Shown here: positions 59,733-64,000 of the stretch, piece after piece | How the letters are laid out: every line of letters starts with the position of its first letter | How positions within the stretch are numbered: the stretch's first letter is position 1 | Assembly: GCA_037439785.1 (NCBI GenBank) | Contig: JBBIVJ010000008.1 | Location: forward strand, 44,686-108,685 | Origin: Verrucomicrobiales bacterium | GTDB taxonomy: Bacteria > Verrucomicrobiota > Verrucomicrobiia > Limisphaerales > J093 | Length of the DNA: 64,000 nucleotides | Direction of reading: 5' to 3' | The notes under the pieces: generated by a model | Told to the model about the DNA's origin: nothing | Databases searched by the model: none | What the model saw: the letters and a program-made list of their open reading frames with translations, nothing else | Program-made: the position numbers and the translations under genes

Positions 59733-60614
59733 TCAAGTCCCGGCCCGGCGCGCGCGCCAGAGCCCTTCCAGCGAGTACCCCGCCAGGGCCAGCCAGATCA
59801 ACCCGAAGGCCACGGCCCGCTCCCGGCCAAAGGACTCGCCATAGACCGCCACCCCCAGCCACAATTGCACGCTGGGCGCCAGGTATTGCAACAGGCCCAG
59901 GGTGGTCAGGGTGACGCGCGGCGCCGCGGCGGCAAACAGCAGCAGCGGCAACGCCGTGGCCACGCCGGTGCCCAGCAGCAACAGCGTGGTCCCCGGCCCC
60001 GCATGACTGAAGGCGGCGCGTCCGCCGGCTTCCCAAAGCGCAAGCCCCGCCAGCGCCGGGCCGGCCAGCAGCGCGGTTTCCAACGCCAGCCCCGGCAGGG
60101 CGGGAAGCGGGGCGGTCTTCTTGAGCAGTCCGTACAGGGCAAAACTCCCCGCCAGCACCAGTGCCACCCAGGGCAACGCCGCCTGCCGCACGCTCAACCC
60201 CATCACCGCCGCCGCCACCAGGAACACACAGGCGGCCTGCACCCGGCGCATCCGCTCCCGCAGCACCACCACCCCCAGGGCCACGCTGAGCAGCGGGTTG
60301 ATGAAGTAGCCCAGGCTCGTTTCCACAATCCGGCCCGCGTTGACCGCCCAGATGAAGGTCAGCCAGTTGACCGCGAGCAGCGCCGCCGCCAGCCCGTAGC
60401 GGGGCAGGCAGGCCCGGTTCCAACCGGACCGAAACTGCGCCCACTGCCCCCGCAGGCTCAGCAGCCCGGCCAGGAACAGCGCCGACCAGACGATGCGATG
60501 GGCAAGAATCTCCAGGGCGGAGACCTGGTGGAGCGCCTTCCAGTAAACCGGCAGCACGCCCCAGAGACCGTAGGCGGCCACGGCCAGCCAGACCCCGGTG
60601 CGATCGGCTCTCAT
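59733..60614 (-). CDS. rarD: EamA-family transporter RarD
   Basis: LWG.LP.YWK, EILAHRIVWS, ETSLGYFINPL, LGLLQYLAP. Confidence 0.92.
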   Translation of the reverse strand: MRADRTGVWLAVAAYGLWGVLPVYWKALHQVSALEILAHRIVWSALFLAGLLSLRGQWAQFRSGWNRACLPRYGLAAALLAVNWLTFIWAVNAGRIVETSLGYFINPLLSVALGVVVLRERMRRVQAACVFLVAAAVMGLSVRQAALPWVALVLAGSFALYGLLKKTAPLPALPGLALETALLAGPALAGLALWEAGGRAAFSHAGPGTTLLLLGTGVATALPLLLFAAAAPRVTLTTLGLLQYLAPSVQLWLGVAVYGESFGRERAVAFGLIWLALAGYSLEGLWRARRAGT

Positions 60615-60785
60615 GGTGTGCGGGAAAAGGCTCCCCTTTCCGAGGGGGCGGCATTCCGAAACGAGTGCGTCCGACCCGTGGTTTGCGGGCCTCGGCCTTC
60701 GCCGGCCCGCCCCACCGCGCCGGTCGGACCTTCCCAACAAAGGCCGTTCGGGTCAAAAACCAACTCCGCCGCCGTGGCCGCCAAC

Positions 60786-60817
60786 AAAAAAAGGCGGGGC
60801 CGCATGGCCGGCCCCGC
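60786..60817 (-). terminator. Intrinsic terminator after groEL
   Basis: 9-bp GC stem followed by T7 on the minus strand. Confidence 0.8.
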
Positions 60818-60847
60818 TGGGTGATCCGTCGTTCCTCCGCGACGAAC

Positions 60848-62488
60848 TCAGTAGTCCATGTCGCCGCCCATGCCGCCGTGGCCACCACCTCCGGCCGGCT
60901 TCTTTTCCTTCTCCGGAATCTCGGTGATGAGGCACTCGGTGGTGAGCAGCAGCCCCGCGATCGAGGCGGCGTTTTGGAGGGCGGTGCGGGTGACCTTCTT
61001 CGGGTCCACAATACCCGCCTTGACGAGGTCGGTGTACTCCCCGGTGGCCACGTCAAAGCCCTCGTTGCCCTTGCGCTTCTTGACCTCCTCGACCACGACC
61101 GAGCCCTCGATGCCGGCGTTGTTCGCCAGTTCGCGGGTCGGGAACTCGATGGCGCGCTTGACGATGTCCACGCCGATCTTCTCGTCCTCGTTGGCCGGCT
61201 TGACGGCCTCGATGACCGGGATGCAGCGCAGCAGGGCCACGCCGCCACCGGGCACGATGCCTTCCTCGACCGCCGCGCGGGTGGCGTGCAGGGCGTCCTC
61301 CACGCGGGCCTTCTTCTCCTTCATTTCGGTCTCGGTGGCGGCGCCGACGTTGATGACGGCCACGCCGCCGGCCAGCTTGGCCAGGCGTTCCTGGAGCTTC
61401 TCGCGGTCATAGTCGCTGGTGGTCTCCTCGATCTGGCGGCGGATCTGGTTGATCCGGCCCTGGATTTCGGAGGCCTTGCCAGCGCCCTCGACGATGGTGG
61501 TGTTTTCCTTGTCCACCACGATGCTCTTGGCGCGGCCGAGGTCGGCGATTTCAACGTTCTCCAGCTTGATGCCGAGGTCTTCACTGATGAACTTGCCACC
61601 GGTGAGGATGGCGATGTCCTCGCACATGGCCTTGCGGCGGTCGCCGAAGCCGGGGGCCTTGACGGCGCAGCAGGAGATGGTCTTGCGGAGGTTGTTGACC
61701 ACGAGCGTGGCCAGCGCCTCGCCCTCGACCTCTTCGGCGACGATGAGCAGGGGCTTGCCGGCCCGGGCCACCTTCTCCAGGAGCGGCAGGAGGTCCTTGA
61801 GGCTGCTGATCTTCTTTTCGTAGATCAGCACGTAGGCGTCCTCCAGCTTGCACTCCATGCTCTCGGCGTTGGTGACGAAGTAGGGCGAAAGGTAGCCCTT
61901 GTCGAACTGCATGCCTTCCACCACTTCGAGGGTGGTCTCGATGGACTTGGCCTCCTCGACGGTGATGGTGCCGTCCTTGCCGACCTTGTCCATGGCGTCG
62001 GCGATGATCTCGCCGATGGTGGTGTCCCAGTTGGCGGAGACGGTGGCCACCTGCTTGATTTCCTCCTTGTCCTTGACCTTCTTGGCGACCTTGTCCAGGT
62101 AGGCGACGGCGGCTTCGACGGCCTTGGCGATGCCGCGCTGGATGCCGATGGGGTTGGCGCCGGAGGTGACGAACTTCAGACCCTCGCGGTAGATGGCCTC
62201 GGCCAGCACAGCGGCGGTGGTGGTGCCGTCACCGGCGGCATCACTGGTCTTGCTGGCGACCTCGCGCACCATCTGGGCGCCCATGTTTTCATAGGGGTCT
62301 TCGAGTTCGATCTCCTTGGCGACGGTTACGCCGTCCTTGGTGACCGTGGGGGAGCCGAATTTCTTGTCGAGCACGACGTTGCGGCCTTTGGGGCCGAGGG
62401 TGGCGGTGACCGCCTTGGAGAGTTTGGAGACGCCGCGCAGGATGGCCTGACGGGCGGCTTCATCGAAGAGGAGTTGTTTTGCTGCCAT
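60848..62488 (-). CDS. groL: Chaperonin GroEL
   Basis: [28 protein letters not shown]-type tail. Confidence 0.99.
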   Translation of the reverse strand: MAAKQLLFDEAARQAILRGVSKLSKAVTATLGPKGRNVVLDKKFGSPTVTKDGVTVAKEIELEDPYENMGAQMVREVASKTSDAAGDGTTTAAVLAEAIYREGLKFVTSGANPIGIQRGIAKAVEAAVAYLDKVAKKVKDKEEIKQVATVSANWDTTIGEIIADAMDKVGKDGTITVEEAKSIETTLEVVEGMQFDKGYLSPYFVTNAESMECKLEDAYVLIYEKKISSLKDLLPLLEKVARAGKPLLIVAEEVEGEALATLVVNNLRKTISCCAVKAPGFGDRRKAMCEDIAILTGGKFISEDLGIKLENVEIADLGRAKSIVVDKENTTIVEGAGKASEIQGRINQIRRQIEETTSDYDREKLQERLAKLAGGVAVINVGAATETEMKEKKARVEDALHATRAAVEEGIVPGGGVALLRCIPVIEAVKPANEDEKIGVDIVKRAIEFPTRELANNAGIEGSVVVEEVKKRKGNEGFDVATGEYTDLVKAGIVDPKKVTRTALQNAASIAGLLLTTECLITEIPEKEKKPAGGGGHGGMGGDMDY

Positions 62489-62524
62489 AGGTTCTGTGGG
62501 GTGAGTTGAACAGGGGTTGCGGGG

Positions 62525-62818
62525 TTATTCGACGATGGCGAGAATGTCGTCGGAATTCAGGAGCTTGTATTCCTTGTCCTCGATCTTGATTTCGGTGCCG
62601 CCGTACTTGCTGATGAGCACGCGGTCCCCGACCTTGACCTCGAAGGGGACCTTCTTGCCATCGTCATCGGTCTTGCCCGTGCCGAGGGCCCGCACGATGG
62701 CCTCGGTGGGTTTTTCCTTGGCGGAGTCGGGAATGATGATCCCGCCCTTTTTGACTTCTTTCTCCTCGACGGGTTCGACCAGAACCCGATCGCCGAGGGG
62801 TTTGACTTTGAGTGCCAT
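62525..62818 (-). CDS. groS: Co-chaperonin GroES
   Basis: [28 protein letters not shown]. Confidence 0.98.
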   Translation of the reverse strand: MALKVKPLGDRVLVEPVEEKEVKKGGIIIPDSAKEKPTEAIVRALGTGKTDDDGKKVPFEVKVGDRVLISKYGGTEIKIEDKEYKLLNSDDILAIVE

Positions 62819-62969
62819 AGGGTTGGTGTGTGTCTCGCTGTGTTCGTGGTTTGCGTTGAGGGGTGCGCGGTGGTTTCCCGCCGCACCCGCAGCGGGCCGC
62901 CCGGCGCACCGGCCGGTCCGGCACCGGAGTCGCGGCGAGCCGTGACCCCGGCGCCGGACCGGGTGAAAG

Positions 62970-64000
62970 TCAGGTTTTTTTCCCGTCCACCACTTCGGCG
63001 TCAATCACGGTACCTTCGCCGCGACCGCCCGCTTCGGGTTCCTTCCGGCCGGCGGAGGGTCCGCCCGCGGTGCCGGCGCCGCTGCGGGCCTGTTCGGCCG
63101 CGCTCTTGTAAAGTTCGGCGGACACCGTCTGCCAGGCCTCGTTGAGACGTTCGACCGCGCCCTTGAGGGTGCCGGCGTCGGAACCCTTGAGGGCGTCCTT
63201 GACCGCGGCGATGGCCTGCTCGATGCGCTCGCGGGCACCGGCGGAGAGCTTGGCGGCGCTGTCCTTGAGCAGTTTTTCCGAGCGGTACACGGCGTTGTCC
63301 GCCTCGTTGCGCAGTTCCACTTCCTCGCGCCGCCGACGGTCTTCTTCGGCGTGGAGTTCGGCGTCCTTGCGCATGCGCTCGACCTCCTCCTTGGTCAGGC
63401 CGCTGGAGGCGGTGATGGTGATTTTCTGCTCCTTGCCGGTCCCCAGGTCCTTGGCGCTGACGTGGAGGATGCCGTTGGCGTCAATGTCGAAGGTAACCTC
63501 GATCTGCGGCTCGCCGCGCGGGGCGGGTGGGATGTCGGTGAGGTGGAACTTGCCGATGGTCTTGTTGTCGCGGGCCATCGGCCGCTCGCCCTGCAGGACG
63601 TGGATTTCCACGCCGGGCTGGTTGTCGGTGGCGGTGGAAAAAATCTCCGCCTTGCGGGTGGGGATGGTGGTGTTGCGCTCGATGAGCCTGGTGAAGACCC
63701 CGCCCAGGGTTTCGATGCCCAGCGAGAGCGGGGTGACGTCCAGCAGCAGGACGTCCTTGACGTCGCCCTTGAGCACGCCGCCCTGGATGGCGGCGCCGAC
63801 GGCCACGACCTCGTCCGGGTTGACGCCCTGGTGGGGTTGCTTGTTGACCAGGCCGCGGGCGGTTTCGACCACGCGCGGCATCCGGGTCATGCCCCCCACC
63901 AGGACCAGTTCATCAATCTGATCCGGGGTGACGCCGGCGTCCTTGAGGCAGGCGTGGACGGGTTTGACGGTGCGCTCGAACAGGTCATCGCATAGTTGCT
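62970..64000 (-). CDS. dnaK: Chaperone DnaK (5'-partial)
   Basis: [43 protein letters not shown]. Confidence 0.98.
   Translation of the reverse strand, partial: QLCDDLFERTVKPVHACLKDAGVTPDQIDELVLVGGMTRMPRVVETARGLVNKQPHQGVNPDEVVAVGAAIQGGVLKGDVKDVLLLDVTPLSLGIETLGGVFTRLIERNTTIPTRKAEIFSTATDNQPGVEIHVLQGERPMARDNKTIGKFHLTDIPPAPRGEPQIEVTFDIDANGILHVSAKDLGTGKEQKITITASSGLTKEEVERMRKDAELHAEEDRRRREEVELRNEADNAVYRSEKLLKDSAAKLSAGARERIEQAIAAVKDALKGSDAGTLKGAVERLNEAWQTVSAELYKSAAEQARSGAGTAGGPSAGRKEPEAGGRGEGTVIDAEVVDGKKT

Noticed and set aside
62819-62969. CIRCE operator before groES
   Set aside because: No TTAGCACTC-N9-GAGTGCTAA; regulation probably lies upstream of dnaK, outside the window

Overview
High-GC bacterial chromosomal window. 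The gene set (prepilin H-X9-DG protein, dnaK-groES-groEL order, several phylum-typical hypotheticals) suggests Verrucomicrobiota, probably Limisphaerales/Pedosphaerales; this is inferred, not searched. It holds about 48 CDS: housekeeping genes (cinA, aroB, rplM-rpsI, nrdR, dgt, ispH, ileS, uppP, groEL/groES, partial dnaK), envelope and polysaccharide genes (GT2-methyltransferase-YfhO-like-MMPL cluster; beta-barrel/Wza/Wzc) and secreted carbohydrate/protein-degrading enzymes. I found no rRNA, intact tRNA, CRISPR array, integrase or transposase. Most notable observations: (1) nrdR is preceded by tandem NrdR-box-like sites and overlaps a gene with a degenerate ATP-cone plus CxxC; (2) several atypical translation factors occur (EF-P/EfpL-like with Gln at the loop tip, P-loop-less mini-YchF in an operon with an Rsm22/METTL17-like protein, EF-G2, IleRS with KESKS); (3) -10 hexamers sit 6-8 nt before many start codons, suggesting pervasive leaderless mRNAs; (4) a nested REP-like palindrome cluster lies upstream of ileS; (5) a GH2-GtaA-like fusion; (6) two decayed genes near the left end. 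All family assignments come from motif recognition only.
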